Shown: positions 1-11,100 of the stretch, one piece after another
How positions within the stretch are numbered: position 1 is the first letter of the stretch
Layout: each line of letters opens with the position of its first letter
Assembly (NCBI GenBank): GCA_028534125.1
Contig: CM052820.1
Coordinates: 6,634,001-6,698,000, forward strand
Reading direction: 5' to 3'
Origin: Lama glama
Lineage: Eukaryota
DNA: 64,000 nt
Translations under genes and position numbers: made by a program
Notes under the pieces: model-generated
What the model saw: only the letters and a program-made list of their open reading frames with translations
Told to the model about the DNA's origin: nothing
Databases searched by the model: none

Positions 1-1164
1 AGAAAGTTTTCGGAATGTGATGCCCATAGTTCTTCGTAAAAGAAGAGGCAGATGCTCTCCGCAACTTAATATAGTTTGCCACTTGCTACGGCAAAGTTGG
101 AATGTGGATTTTCGGGAAGGGTGAGGACACTGATGAACAAAAAGTAAATTTTTTTTTCCCATTAAAGAGAGGTTTGTTAGGAGCAGTGATCAAACCTTTA
201 TTAAAAATTAATAATACATGTCTTTGGTAGAAATTTTTGGAAGAAATGGTAGCTGACGTTCCCTGATTAGTTATATGCCAAGCCCTGTTTTAAGTTTCAT
301 TTTCATAACCAGGTACAGACGGGGAAACAAGCACAGAGAGGTTAAGTACCCGAAAGCACTTAAAGTACAGGAAAGTAGAAAAAGTAGTAAACCCACCTTC
401 CAAGACAACCACTCTTTTAATAAGCTGGCATGGTTCTTGCCAGTGTTTTTCTGTACCTTAAGTTCGGTTCATGTTATACATGCAGCCTATGGCATTTTTG
501 ATTAATTGGGAGAGCTGTGGTTGAGCAAATGGAAAAGAGCTCAGAGGCTTGGAGAAGTTCCTCCTGCTTCTGGTCCTCCTTTTCCTCATCTGTGGGGCCT
601 CTTGGTCCTGCGCAGTTCTGAGATTGCACTAGGTGATGTCTGAGGAGCACCCCAGCTCTAGAATGTTGGCAGCCGGTGACTCTAGACAATTCCTGTGACT
701 TGTGATCATTTCTGGGAGTTGGGAGGAAAAGCCTTCTTAGTCCTTGATCCCTTGTCTTCCCTGCTGTAGCACATTTTCAGGTGATAACTGCCTTACTTGG
801 GTTTCCCAAGCTCATTTGACTCTGAGGAATGTATTTTTGCGAATCAGAATGGGTCAGTTCAGAGTGGAGAAGGCAGGGCAGGGATGAGTCCTCCTTTGTA
901 AGTGAAGTAGCTGAGATTGAGGGTTATGAGTCTTGCCCAAGTTTATCAACTAATCGACAGTGGAGCAGAGATGCTTTATCCAACTTGAGGCATCTGCCTG
1001 GCAACCTCCCTCTCCAGGTCTGACACTTCCATAGGGTCTATAATTATGTCCATGTTTATTTGTCTAAACTTTAACAAGGCGGGAATCCCAACACCCAGCA
1101 TTACTGATAAGTGGTAGGTGCTTCTCTTACTAGGTAAAAGTTTGTCTATTCTTAACAGCTGAGG

Positions 1165-1266
1165 TAGGGAGGGGACAGCTCAGTAGTAGAGTGCCTGTCT
1201 AGCATCCACAAAGTGCTGGGTTCTAGCCCCATGACCTCCACCTCCCCAGTAAAACGAATCAGAAAT
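1165..1266 (+). mobile_element. tRNA-Ala-derived camelid SINE (Vic-1-like), diverged
   Basis: A-box/B-box-like head (CAGCTCAGTAGTAGAG...GGGTTCTAGCCCC). TSD ACAG(C/T)TGAGG at 1155-1164 and 1267-1276. Confidence 0.8.
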
Positions 1267-1696
1267 ACAGTTGAGGGGAAGGCAGCTATAGCACTTCCCC
1301 AACTCCCACATTAATCCTCTGAGGACTCACCTGTTTATCAAAACTTCTTATGTTTTATTTTACTACTCTAAAGTAGCCTGACCTCTGAGTAGTTTCTTTT
1401 ATTGCAATATGAATTGGATTTTCTTTGCCAAGTAGCATATCACCTACTTTTATTATGAGGAAACTCAGCTTTTAATTTTGGAAATGGCAAAAAATAGGAA
1501 ATAAAATCAGAATACAATTTCAGGTCTCACACACAGAAATATCCTGTCTTCTTGTTCCCTTTATTTGTTGAATCACAGATTCCTAACAAGCATTGATCCT
1601 GGAAAATTAAAAATTTCCAGCCACTGCAAGCTTTCTAGCTAATTGCCTTTCCTTGCTTTTGTTAAAAAAAAAAAAAAAGGTACTTTAAAACTTGCT

Positions 1697-1850
1697 AACT
1701 TGTGGCTTTGCCAAGTTAACTTACCTCCCGATTCTGTCTTCTCATCTGTAAAATGTGGAAAAGAATATGTCTTGCAGAGTTTTGGGGGGATGATTGGAGA
1801 ACAACATATTTGTACAGATACTTGGCCCATAGTAGGTACTTGATACAAAT
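1697..1850 (+). mobile_element. MIR SINE fragment
   Basis: MIR core: CAAGTTAACTTACCTC...TCTCATCTGTAAAATG...CATAGTAGGTACTTGATA. Confidence 0.7.
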
Positions 1851-2309
1851 CAGTGGCAGCAGTTGTATGTGGTTCCTCTACTATCTTAGAAAGCAGCAGG
1901 ATGAACTAGCTGGTTGCCTTTGAGAAATCATTAATAGAGTTCCCTTCAGGTCACAGCTGTGTACCCAGTTCCACTCCAAACAACATCTAAGATTGCTCAA
2001 AACTTTAAATCAAGAAAAGAGAACTTTTTAAGTTCACTTCAGAAACAAATCGGTTGCTTGCTTGATTAATCAGTCACAGGCATTATCTGGAGTAAATAAC
2101 AAAAGGGCTTTCTGAAATGGACCCATGTAAGGCCCCCTCCCAGCTTTGAGAGGGCTGGAGAATGGGGTTCAATGTCAATTGCAACCCTGAGAGGGAAGGA
2201 CCCCTGCCCTCCCAAAGCAGCAGGGCCCTCTGAAAGTCACAGTGCTCTCTCTGCCACTGGGCCTGTGCTCTCTGTTCAGCAGATGTAAGTGCCTCATCTG
2301 TTTGGGACC

Positions 2310-2650
2310 TGGTAGCAGGCGATGGAATAGTGAGCAAGACAACCCCATCCTTGCCCTCATAGAGCCTAGAGTTTAAGAAGGAAGCCAGACCCGTAGCGAA
2401 TTACCAGGGTGGTAAGTGTAGGATGGTGGGTGCTGCACAAACTGGTGGTGGCCCTGACCTAGGGAGGAGGCCAGGGAGGCTCCCTGGAGGCAGTGATGCT
2501 TCAGCTAAGCCCAGCATTCTCTTAGACTCTGAATAAGGAAGGGGCACGTCAAAGCTGAGGAACTGAAGAAGTCCCGAAAGGCTGGACATGGGAGGTGGGG
2601 GGCATGAGTGACTGGAACTCCTGGTATGTCCAGGAGTGAGACAGAGAAAG
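2310..2650 (-). mobile_element. L2 LINE fragment
   Basis: AGTGAGCAAGACAACCCCATCCTTGCCCTCATAGAGCCTAGA resembles the antisense L2 3' region. Confidence 0.5.
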
Positions 2651-2677
2651 GAGCTGGACGATGGAGATTTCTGCAGG

Positions 2678-3226
2678 AGTAGGAGAAGAAAAAGAATCTT
2701 TTTCCTCTACCTGTAACTTAGACTAACAAAAGACAGATTACCAAGAGAAAAATAAATGGAAGGTTATTAAAATGTGCATGACACATACACGGGAGCACCC
2801 AGTGAGGAGTAACTCAAAGGGGTGGTTAGACCTTGGGCTTACATGGCACCTTGACACAGAACAATACATTTTTAGGGAAGTGTCAAGAGAAAGGAAAAGG
2901 ACTTTGAGTTTCCAGGGGGGAACTGTGGGAAGGTAAATATATGGGGGAATTAATGGTAGATAAGAGCTAGTTTTAACATGGTTTGTTATGCAGGTTCCTC
3001 TGTTGCCATTTCCAGGCTAAGTGTCTAGAGTTGTTGCCAGTGATTAACTTCTGTCCTTCCTGGTAGAGAGGAGAGGGGCCACCTCTGCAAATTTATGTCC
3101 TTCTTTTAGGCAAGTAGGAAGAGGGCAGAGAGCTTCTCTTGTATCTGCTGCTTCTCAGTTGCCTTTAGCTCAAAATAATCCTGCTAAAGTGGCATATTTG
3201 GGGGATGCATATTCTGCTACCCTTCA
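2678..3226 (-). mobile_element. ERV1-class solo LTR (MER34-like)
   Basis: The right end reads on - as TGAAGGGTAGCAGAATATGCATCCCCCAAATATGCCACTTTAGCAGGATTATTTTGAGC, typical of MER34-group LTR 5' ends. Similar to the copy at 9866-10503. Confidence 0.65.
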
Positions 3227-3292
3227 CCAGTTTTCATTTACTAAATTGTTAAATATTCTCCACATTAGATTATTGAGAATCCTCAAAAGACC

Positions 3293-3669
3293 TTTTTTTT
3301 TTGAGATATATCTTACATACCATAAAATCTACCCCTTTAGAAGTATATAACTCAGTTGTTTCTAATACATTTACCAAGTTGAGCAATGACCACCACAAAT
3401 TCCAGAACATCTCATCACCCCAAAAAGAAAGCCTGCACTCATTAGCAGTCACCCCTCATCTGCCCCCCACAACCCCTCCACTAATCTACTTTCTGTCTCT
3501 GTGGATTTGCCTATTTCAGATATTTCATATAAATGGAGTTCACAATATGTGCTCATAAGTATCTGGCTTCTTTCACTTAGCATCATGTTTTTAAGTTCAT
3601 CAAGGTTGTAGCAGGTATCTGTACTCCATTCCTTTTTATGGCCAAATAATATTCCACTGTGTGGATGTG
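3293..3669 (-). mobile_element. L1 3' end (L1MB-like), 5'-truncated
   Basis: Poly-T followed by antisense L1 3'UTR. TSD CCTCA(A/G)AAGAC at 3281-3291 and 3670-3680. Confidence 0.8.
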
Positions 3670-3779
3670 CCTCAGAAGACTTGAGAGTTGGGTGTTCGTA
3701 TCCATGTCAGGACAAGTGCCCCGGGGCCTGGCACAGCATGAGAAGCACTGTGCTTAGAGCAGCAGTGGACTCTCTTCTC

Positions 3780-3920
3780 AGGGTCTGTGTGACCTCAGCA
3801 AATCATCTAAGAGCTTCATTTTCCTCTCATAAATGGGGATAATAGTAGTAACTCTCTCAGTGTTGATGAATTAAATGAGTTAATACATTTAAAGGGCTTA
3901 GAAAAAAACCTAGTGCAAAA
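3780..3920 (+). mobile_element. MIR SINE fragment
   Basis: CTGTGTGACCTCAGCAAATCA...AAATGGGGATAATAGTAG...ATTAAATGAGTTAATACAT. Confidence 0.7.
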
Positions 3921-4197
3921 GTCCTGTGGTTACTATGGGGAAGAAAAGACTGGCAGATGCAGAACTCCCTACTGACTACTTAGTGAACACATTGCCCCTT
4001 ATTCCAGAATCTTCCAAAAGGCTACAGGGCTGCTTTCTAACACTGGAAATTACAACTAGGTCTGATAATAAGAGGGAATATATTGAAGATAGCAGTTTCT
4101 GTGCCTTCCTTAGGCATCTAGGATTTTGTAGTTCTGCAGAATTTCAAATTTGTCGTGAGTAATGATGAACCAAGGGACATTTTCCATTTATGTACTT

Positions 4198-4333
4198 TGT
4201 TTGTTTGTTTGTTTGTTTGGGGTAGCGGGAATTGGGTTGATTGATCGATTGATGGATGGAGGTACTGGGGATTGAACCCAGGACCTTGTGCGTGCTAAGC
4301 ACACATTTCACCACAGAGCTATACCCTTCCCCA
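4198..4333 (-). mobile_element. tRNA-Ala-derived camelid SINE (Vic-1-like)
   Basis: Antisense head GGTACTGGGGATTGAACCCAGGACC...GCTAAGC...GAGCTATACCC with a (TTTG)n tail. TSD TATGTACTT at 4189-4197 and 4337-4345. Confidence 0.9.
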
Positions 4334-4849
4334 AAATATGTACTTGTAAGGTCATCTGCCTTGAGAATAAATTGCTTTATATTTTTAAAAAATTATATAA
4401 ATGTTCAACACATGAAAAAGTGGAAGACTATGATTCCACATGTACCTTCAACAACATTTTTTTCCCATTTTCCAATTCTTGATTGATGGTTTTTTGTTCC
4501 ACAACTGGAAGGGGGAGGCACACCTAATAGGTAGGAACTACCTTGCAAGGACCTGGGGAAACTGGTTTTATGGGCAGGTTGAGAGGCATATGCTTGCCTA
4601 GGTTGCTGAGGCTTTTCCTGGAAGGTACGGGTTGGGAGGGAGGGCTGCAGTCCCCCTATGGAGCCAGGCGCTAGTAGCATGATGAAGTTGTTTCCAAACT
4701 CTGCTAACCCATCAGGAGTAAGGGATGCGGCCGTCCAGGTTATATTGATGGCACCGGGAACTGTCTGGTAGCCACATTTTAATGGACATTGACAGACTGT
4801 GAATATGCAAAGGAGCAAGATCAGGAGAATAGTATAGGGCCCTCCAGGT

Positions 4850-5004
4850 TAAGTACTCCAGACCCTCCCTACTCAAGTGAGGCCTGGGAGCTGGTTAGGA
4901 ATGCAGAGTCTCAGGTTCTACCCCGACCTACTGAAACAATCTGCATTTTAACAAAAGCCTCTGGTGATTCCTTGCACATTTCACACTGGAGAAGAGCTGC
5001 TCTA
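4850..5004. mobile_element. MER5A-like hAT-Charlie DNA transposon
   Basis: CCTGGGAGCTGGTTAGGAATGCAGAGTCTCAGG...CTGCATTTTAACAA...GGTGATTC...GAGAAGAGCTG. Confidence 0.7.
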
Positions 5005-5884
5005 AAGCACTCAAAGTGTGACCTGTTGTAGGGAAGATTTGGGATGCTGGAATCCCAGCAATGCTGGGTTGGCAAGCAGCTAGTCTAGCTCTTACCTGAA
5101 GATGCATAAATTCCTTCAGCAAGATCCTGGAGAAGTCTCCAGATATTCCAGCAACCCCTCCATTCACAGGCAACTCACTCACTGGGCAAGAGCTTTCGTC
5201 TTTGATAAATTACCGTTGGAAGGGCGGGCTGTGGGTTCACGTTACATCCGGGTTGGCACTGGGAACCTTCTTAACTAAAAAAGACCCAGCTGAGAATATC
5301 CCTTTCTGTTGTCCCTGTGGGAAATTCCAAGCCCTCAAGCTAAAGTTTGAAGAAAACTTCCTGTGTTAATTATAAACCCATTTTCAGCCCCACGTTCAAT
5401 GGGCTGACTAATATTTGAGGAAAAGAAGGTATTTGAAAAAGGCTTTTTCTTATTTTAATAACTTTTCATGTCCAACGGTAGTACATGCTTGCTGATTTTT
5501 TTTTTTTTTTGAAAAATGCTGACATGTATAAAAATAAAATGTGAAAGCCCTTGTCTCAGCTCCCTGCTCCTGCCACCCACCAAGTAAGGTACACACACCT
5601 TTAGGGGTGTGCTGTGTCTCTTTGCAAATCTATTTCTTTGCATTTAAAAAGACCACACACACACACTTCCTGAAATCTTCCCACCTTGATCTAACTCTTC
5701 TCTTTCTCAGACTTTCCACTTTCTTCTTAAGAGATAACTACTTGTGTAAATAACCCTCTATTGGCTAAACTCATTAACTGATTTTCAAAAAGTGGGTGAG
5801 TCCTCTGGATCAAGCAGCTTTAAGGGAGGGATGCACAGAATGCAGCGTTTTGTAAAAACATTCTGTGCTAAAATTTCTATGTGT

Positions 5885-6070
5885 GTAATTTGTTAATCCT
5901 CACAACTGCCCCATGAGGCACTATTATTATCTCCATTTTACAAAGGAGAAGACTGAGGTACAGAAAGGTTAAGACGCTCGCCCAAAGTCACCCAGCTAAT
6001 GATCAGCTAAACTGGGACTTGAACCCAAGCAGCCAGTTGCAAAGTCTGTGCTCAGATTACTCAACTATAT
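5885..6070 (-). mobile_element. MIR SINE fragment
   Basis: TTAATCCTCACAAC...CCATTTTACAAAGGAGAAGACTGAGG...AGGTTAAG...CCCAAAGTCACCCAGC. Confidence 0.8.
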
Positions 6071-7129
6071 TCACGAAGATTTGTAAATCTTGGATCATGC
6101 CTCACTGTGTGTCCTTTCCAGAGTGCACTTTTCAACCTCTGAGCTCCTAGGTCTTCAAGCGGGACCTCTTCTGCCTGCCCTACCCCTTCCAGTCCTGCTG
6201 GAAGATCCACTCCATAACTTTCTAGCTTTGTGAACTTAGTTAATGTTTAGTAACTGTGAGGAATGGGATAACAGTACTTACCTCCTTGGGAAGACTAAAT
6301 GGTCAAATGCAAAGTGTCAATAAATAGTAGCTTTTGATTTTGTTACGCATATGAGTTTCCAGGATGGGAGAAGAATGCGGGGGAGGGGAGTCTGGGCGAT
6401 TAGAGTTCCTTTGTTAAATTCCAGCCCAGAGCTGGATAAGGAAAAATGTGTGATGGAGCAGAAACATTCTGCCCAGGACATCTTTTCTTGGACATTGAAA
6501 TTCTCATGGACCCTAGAACCCCCTATGAAAAGCCAAGGGGCTGGGTGAGGGCGTGGACGGTCGGCTGTTGTTCTGGTTTGTTCCAGTGGGCAACAGCGTC
6601 CTGTCAGTGATGTGCAGAGATGCTCCCTGGCAGGACATTGCTGTAGGCTGGGGCCTTGTATCCTGGCCTCCGTAACAGAGGTGAGGGGTGTAGGATGAGT
6701 GGTGGGGGTAGGGGGTGTGTGGGGAGGCCTGTGGAATTCCAGCACTTGAGGGCCTATAGGGCTGGCCCTGGGACCAAAGAGCTCTATCCCAACAAGATGG
6801 CCCCCAACGCTGCGCACTTGCCCACAGACCACATCCAGCCTTGGTCCCCTGCTGCCCCTGGCCCTGGGCCCTGCACATAGTCCTTGCTCAGTAACAGTGC
6901 TGGTTTTATGGGTATTCTCTGCAGCCTCGCATATAGATGCAAATGTGTGGGAGGCAGAGAATAAACACAGAGTTGTGAAACTGGAACTCCTTAAACCATA
7001 ATCCTAGGACCCACCTCCCTGTCACGCCCACATTGGCCATTTTAGACTCTAAGGTCTAAAATCCTAGGTAAGATGGCTGTATAATTGTCTGTACAAGTGC
7101 TCCTCATTGGTTTACCAGTATGCTTTTTG

Positions 7130-7600
7130 GTAAGTTTTTCTGAAAATAATTCCAAACCTACAAAAAAGCTGCAAGAATACAAATAGTGCAAGAACACCCA
7201 CATATCTTTTACTCAGATTCACCTATTTTAACATGTTCCCTATTTATTTTCAATCTGTCTTTATATATATATACACACACACATATACATATACACAGGT
7301 ATGTATATATAATATACATACATATGTTTACATGTACATATGTATACATACGTTTTTCTGAAATATTCGAAAGTTGGTTGCATACATCATGGCTCCTTAC
7401 TCCTATTTATTTTCTAAGAATAAGGAATACCCACAGTTTTTAAAATCAACCTCAGTAAATATAGCTTTGACATAATATTTCTATCAGCTCTACTGTTTAT
7501 GTCCCAATTTTCTCAATTGATCCAAAGTTGTTCTTAATAGCATTTTCCCCCTCCATCCAGGATCCAGTCCAGGATCAGATATTGCATTCAGTTGTCCAAA
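7130..7600 (-). mobile_element. Old L1 3' end (L1MC-like) containing a (TA/CA)n tract at ~7262-7350
   Basis: TGAAAATAATTCCAAACCTACAAAAAAGCTGCAAGAAT...CAGATTCACCTATTTTAACAT...GGATCCAGTCCAGGATCA. Confidence 0.6.
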
Positions 7601-8289
7601 CTAGGACTTTTGGGCATGATAATTATTATGTTGAAAAGAGACAAGTAAAGCCAGTGTTGCAAAAACGCTGATAATTGTAGAATATGAGAATCCATTTTAT
7701 GTGCTTTAGTATATGTTTAAAATTTTTTGAAACACAAAGTGGAAAAGCAAACCAAATAAACAAACTGAAAGAAAAAAAAAAAAAGCCAAGCCCATGGATC
7801 CCAGTTCGTAGGTTCAGACTCACAGCACCTGTTCAGTTTAAGGCAGAAGTGAAGCAGAGGGGAAGGACTCCTTCCACTTCCTTGTTTTTGGCCCATCATT
7901 GATGGGAAGTGAACCACTTTCTGAGGGAGGAAGAGGGGCTCTGTGGGCTTTTTTTGGCTTCAGTACTTAGGCATGGTCTCCCCTGAAGTGAAGTGAACTG
8001 GTGTGGCCTTGGAGGGGAGATAGAGGAATGAGAAGGACGAGGGCCCTGATTCCTTTTGTCACAGGAGGGCCTGGAGGCAGAGCATCTGCTCTGCTACGTC
8101 TACAGCTGCTTTTAGCCGAAACAAAGTGGCAGCAGCTAGACCAGCCCCCAGGCCTCCTCCATCTCCCTGCCCCTCCTATGCCTTCCAGTCTCTGACACCC
8201 AATTTGAATGGCAAAAATAAACACTGGTTTGGGGAGATGGTCAAGAAATCCATCCTTTCTTCCCTACTTGGTGCCCCTTCAAACCTCTA

Positions 8290-8765
8290 CTCAGATTCTT
8301 AGCCTGCGGTTAAGGTTCTAGGAGTTATTGAATTTGGATGGGAAACCTTTACAAGTCTAATTTCAATAATCTTTAATAAAAATCAAGCATTTCCTTCTGT
8401 TGTGCCTGCAGGCATCTCACCAAAGTAGTGCAGGTGGTTCTTGGACCTTGTCACAGTAGAAGTCACAGCTATTTTCATATCACACCACAGTCATTGCAGG
8501 TAGTTTGAATAGCATCTACATTTATCGTGACTTCAAAAGCATGGTGGGTATCAGATCCATCACCAGATCTGGTCCTGATTTAACGCACTAATGAAGAATT
8601 ACCAATCACACGTGGCAGTTGTATTTCAATATAACTTGCTTCCTTTGTATTTTGTTAAATCCTGAGTATTTTACTTTATGCATTTAAAACCTCACTCTGA
8701 GAAGGGTCCAGAGACCTCACCAGACTCCAGAGGGTCCTGTGGCACAGAGAAGATGAGGAAGCCTG
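8290..8765. mobile_element. hAT-Charlie DNA transposon (Charlie4a-like)
   Basis: TTTATGCATTTAAAACCTCACTCTGAGAAGGGTCCA...CACCAGACT...GGGTCCTGTGGCACA matches the recalled Charlie4 terminus. Confidence 0.55.
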
Positions 8766-9865
8766 CCTCATCTGCACAGGGCACCACCCGCCCTCCCAGT
8801 CACCCTGCCAGCCCCCTCTCCAGATGTCTAGTCCCCACTGCCGTGTGCTGTGTGAGGCACCCTTCCTTGGCAGGCTGGCCACATGCTGTCATCTGCTGGG
8901 GCTGGCCTGCACGGCGGCCTGGTGGCTTTGGTGAGATGCTTGTGGTCCTCCTCCTATTCCTTCTGGGCCTTGTGAGGTATACATGAAGACTCATACCCCA
9001 AACTTGCTGGAGGACCCCAGGTGCTGCTCCTACACACCTGCTCCCTTGCCAGGGTCCCTAAGTCCCCATGCCATGGACGTTTGGTACTGCCTGATCCACG
9101 ATGGGGACCCAGGAGCAGGTGCACAAAACTGGGTCTTAGAACTAGAGGCAGGAGCCTCTGCGGTTTGTATCAGGCCAAATGAAAATGTAAATACAAATTG
9201 TTCCTTGAATTGATACACGAGGACATGCGACAACAGTCAAAAGTTGAAAAGAGAATGTGGTAAGTTTTTCTCCCTACCCCTCAGCTGCAAACTTTACCAG
9301 CTTCTCTTTCCTTCCAGATCCCAGGCCCATCCAGCAACCTTCTTGCTGTAGTGTAGTTTCCTGCCAGACTCACACACTGGGAGAGACTGTACAGACCCGC
9401 CCATGTGAGCATCTTTTCAGCCAGGCGAAATAGGAAGATAACATTCTGATTTTTACATCAGTACCTGGTGAATTTAGTTAGTGTGAGTCAGTCCTGCCAA
9501 AAGGCATCCCCTCTGTCCACAGAGCTAGGGGCTGCACCACACAAACTCACCTTCCAGTAAGTGCCCACTTGCCCTCTGAGGGCAGTTGGCCTGCTGCTTG
9601 GGGTAGTGGCCCTTCCCAGTGTGCCTTTCTTTCAGCTAGAAGCATGTTAATGAGGTTGAGGGAGCAGGTTCCAGTATATATTAACTTTCTGTGAAAGAAA
9701 CTCAGTTGCAGAGGTTATAGTGTCCTCTGATGCACAGTAACCAGGCAGAAGAAAAATTAGCACAAATCCACCCTGACAACCAACAACCAGTCACGGGTCA
9801 GCAGGCCCCTTCCCATCTGGAGGAGGGTACCACCAGTGTTTCTCTCTCCAGATCTAACGAGCATT

Positions 9866-10503
9866 ATCTGGGAGGAAAATGTTATAATTTACCCTCTCAG
9901 GTTCAGTACTTGGAAACATGCAAATTAAATTGGCAAAATACAGATTAGCACAAGAAAAGACAGAATTTTAAATTCACATACATGCATGGGAGTTCACAGA
10001 AAAACGTGACTCAAAGAGGCGGTTAGAATTGAGGGCTTATATATTGTCTTAGTAGGGGAAGGAGAGGGGAAGAAAGTCACTTATAAGAAAATATATGGCT
10101 TTTAAGAAAGAGCCCTTACGAGAATAGTTGAGGGATGTGATAGTTTTGTGACGGTATCTGTTCTTGTGATATCTTATCCCAGGGTAGACTTGTCTCCAGT
10201 GATAAGAGTCAATCTTCCCTGGTTGCAAAACTTCTGGGGAGGGGATTTATGACAGTTCAGTGCTTTAAGGAGGCTCTGCTTTTAGATAAGGAAAGTTCAG
10301 AGGATGCAGGGGTATAGCTCAGTGACAGAGTGCACGCTTAGCATGCAAGAGGTCCTGGGTTCAATCCCTAGTACCCAAATGAATAAACCTAATTACCAGC
10401 CCCTCATAAAACAAACAATACAAGGAAAGTTCGGAGGAAAAAAAGCAAAAAGCCAAACCAAGTCAAACAAAACCCCCACGGGGGCGTATTCTGGCTCCCT
10501 CCA
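9866..10503 (-). mobile_element. ERV1-class LTR (MER34-like) interrupted by a SINE
   Basis: Shares blocks with 2678-3226 (ACAGATTA..AAGA.AAA, ACTCAAAG.GG.GGTTAGA, CCAGTGAT); ends GGGGCGTATTCTGGCTCCCTCCA. Confidence 0.6.
10305..10421 (+). mobile_element. tRNA-Ala-derived camelid SINE (Vic-1-like) nested in LTR
   Basis: GGGGTATAGCTCAGTGACAGAGTGCACGCTTAGCATGCAAGAGGTCCTGGGTTCAATCCC. 17-bp TSD AAGGAAAGTTC(A/G)GAGGA at 10288-10304 and 10422-10438. Confidence 0.9.
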
Positions 10504-10687
10504 CGTGAATGCACCTCTTGTTCCCCTCCAAAGGCCTCGCTGGTTAGGGTGAGCTGGTGGGAGCTAGGGGTTTGGCTCAGCCTTGCTGAGGCTGGCGCTG
10601 GGAGCTCAGGCAGCAAAGGCTGAGTGAGAGGGATGATCTCCCCAGCAGAGGATGTGCAAGGCCTGGAGAACATAGAGAACAAGTTCA

Positions 10688-10892
10688 TGTAGTGGTTAAG
10701 GGTATGTGCTGGAGCACAGACTGCCAGAGTCAAACTGTGTGTTCTTGGGCAAGATTCTCAATTTCTCTGGGTTTCATTCTCCTTCTTGGGTAAAAACCCT
10801 CACAGGGTTGACCTGAGAATAAGATTAGATAACGCATTTAATGTACCTAATACAGTGTCGGGCACGTAACAAGTGTTCAGTTAATACAGCTA
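10688..10892 (+). mobile_element. MIR SINE
   Basis: GTAGTGGTTAAG...TTGGGCAAGATTCTCAATTTCTCTG...CTCACAGGGTTG...GGCACGTAACAAGTGTTCAG. Confidence 0.7.
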
Positions 10893-10894
10893 AC

Positions 10895-11100
10895 TTCTCT
10901 GGGTGCTGGGGATACAGCAGTGAGCAAAACCACGTCCCTGCTCTCCTGGATCTTCCATTCTGGAGAGGAACCTGTTAGACAAAGAACACAGGCCATTGCC
11001 AGATGGTGGTGCGCACTAGGGAAAAAGGAAGAAAGTGAGGGACAGAGGGGGAGAGGTACGTTTATTTGGATGGCCAGGAAGGGGACATCTCAGCAGAGAC
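10895..11100 (-). mobile_element. L2 LINE fragment
   Basis: GGTGCTGGGGATACAGCAGTGAGCAAAAC...TCCCTGCTCTCCTGGATCTTCCATTCTGG. Confidence 0.6.
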
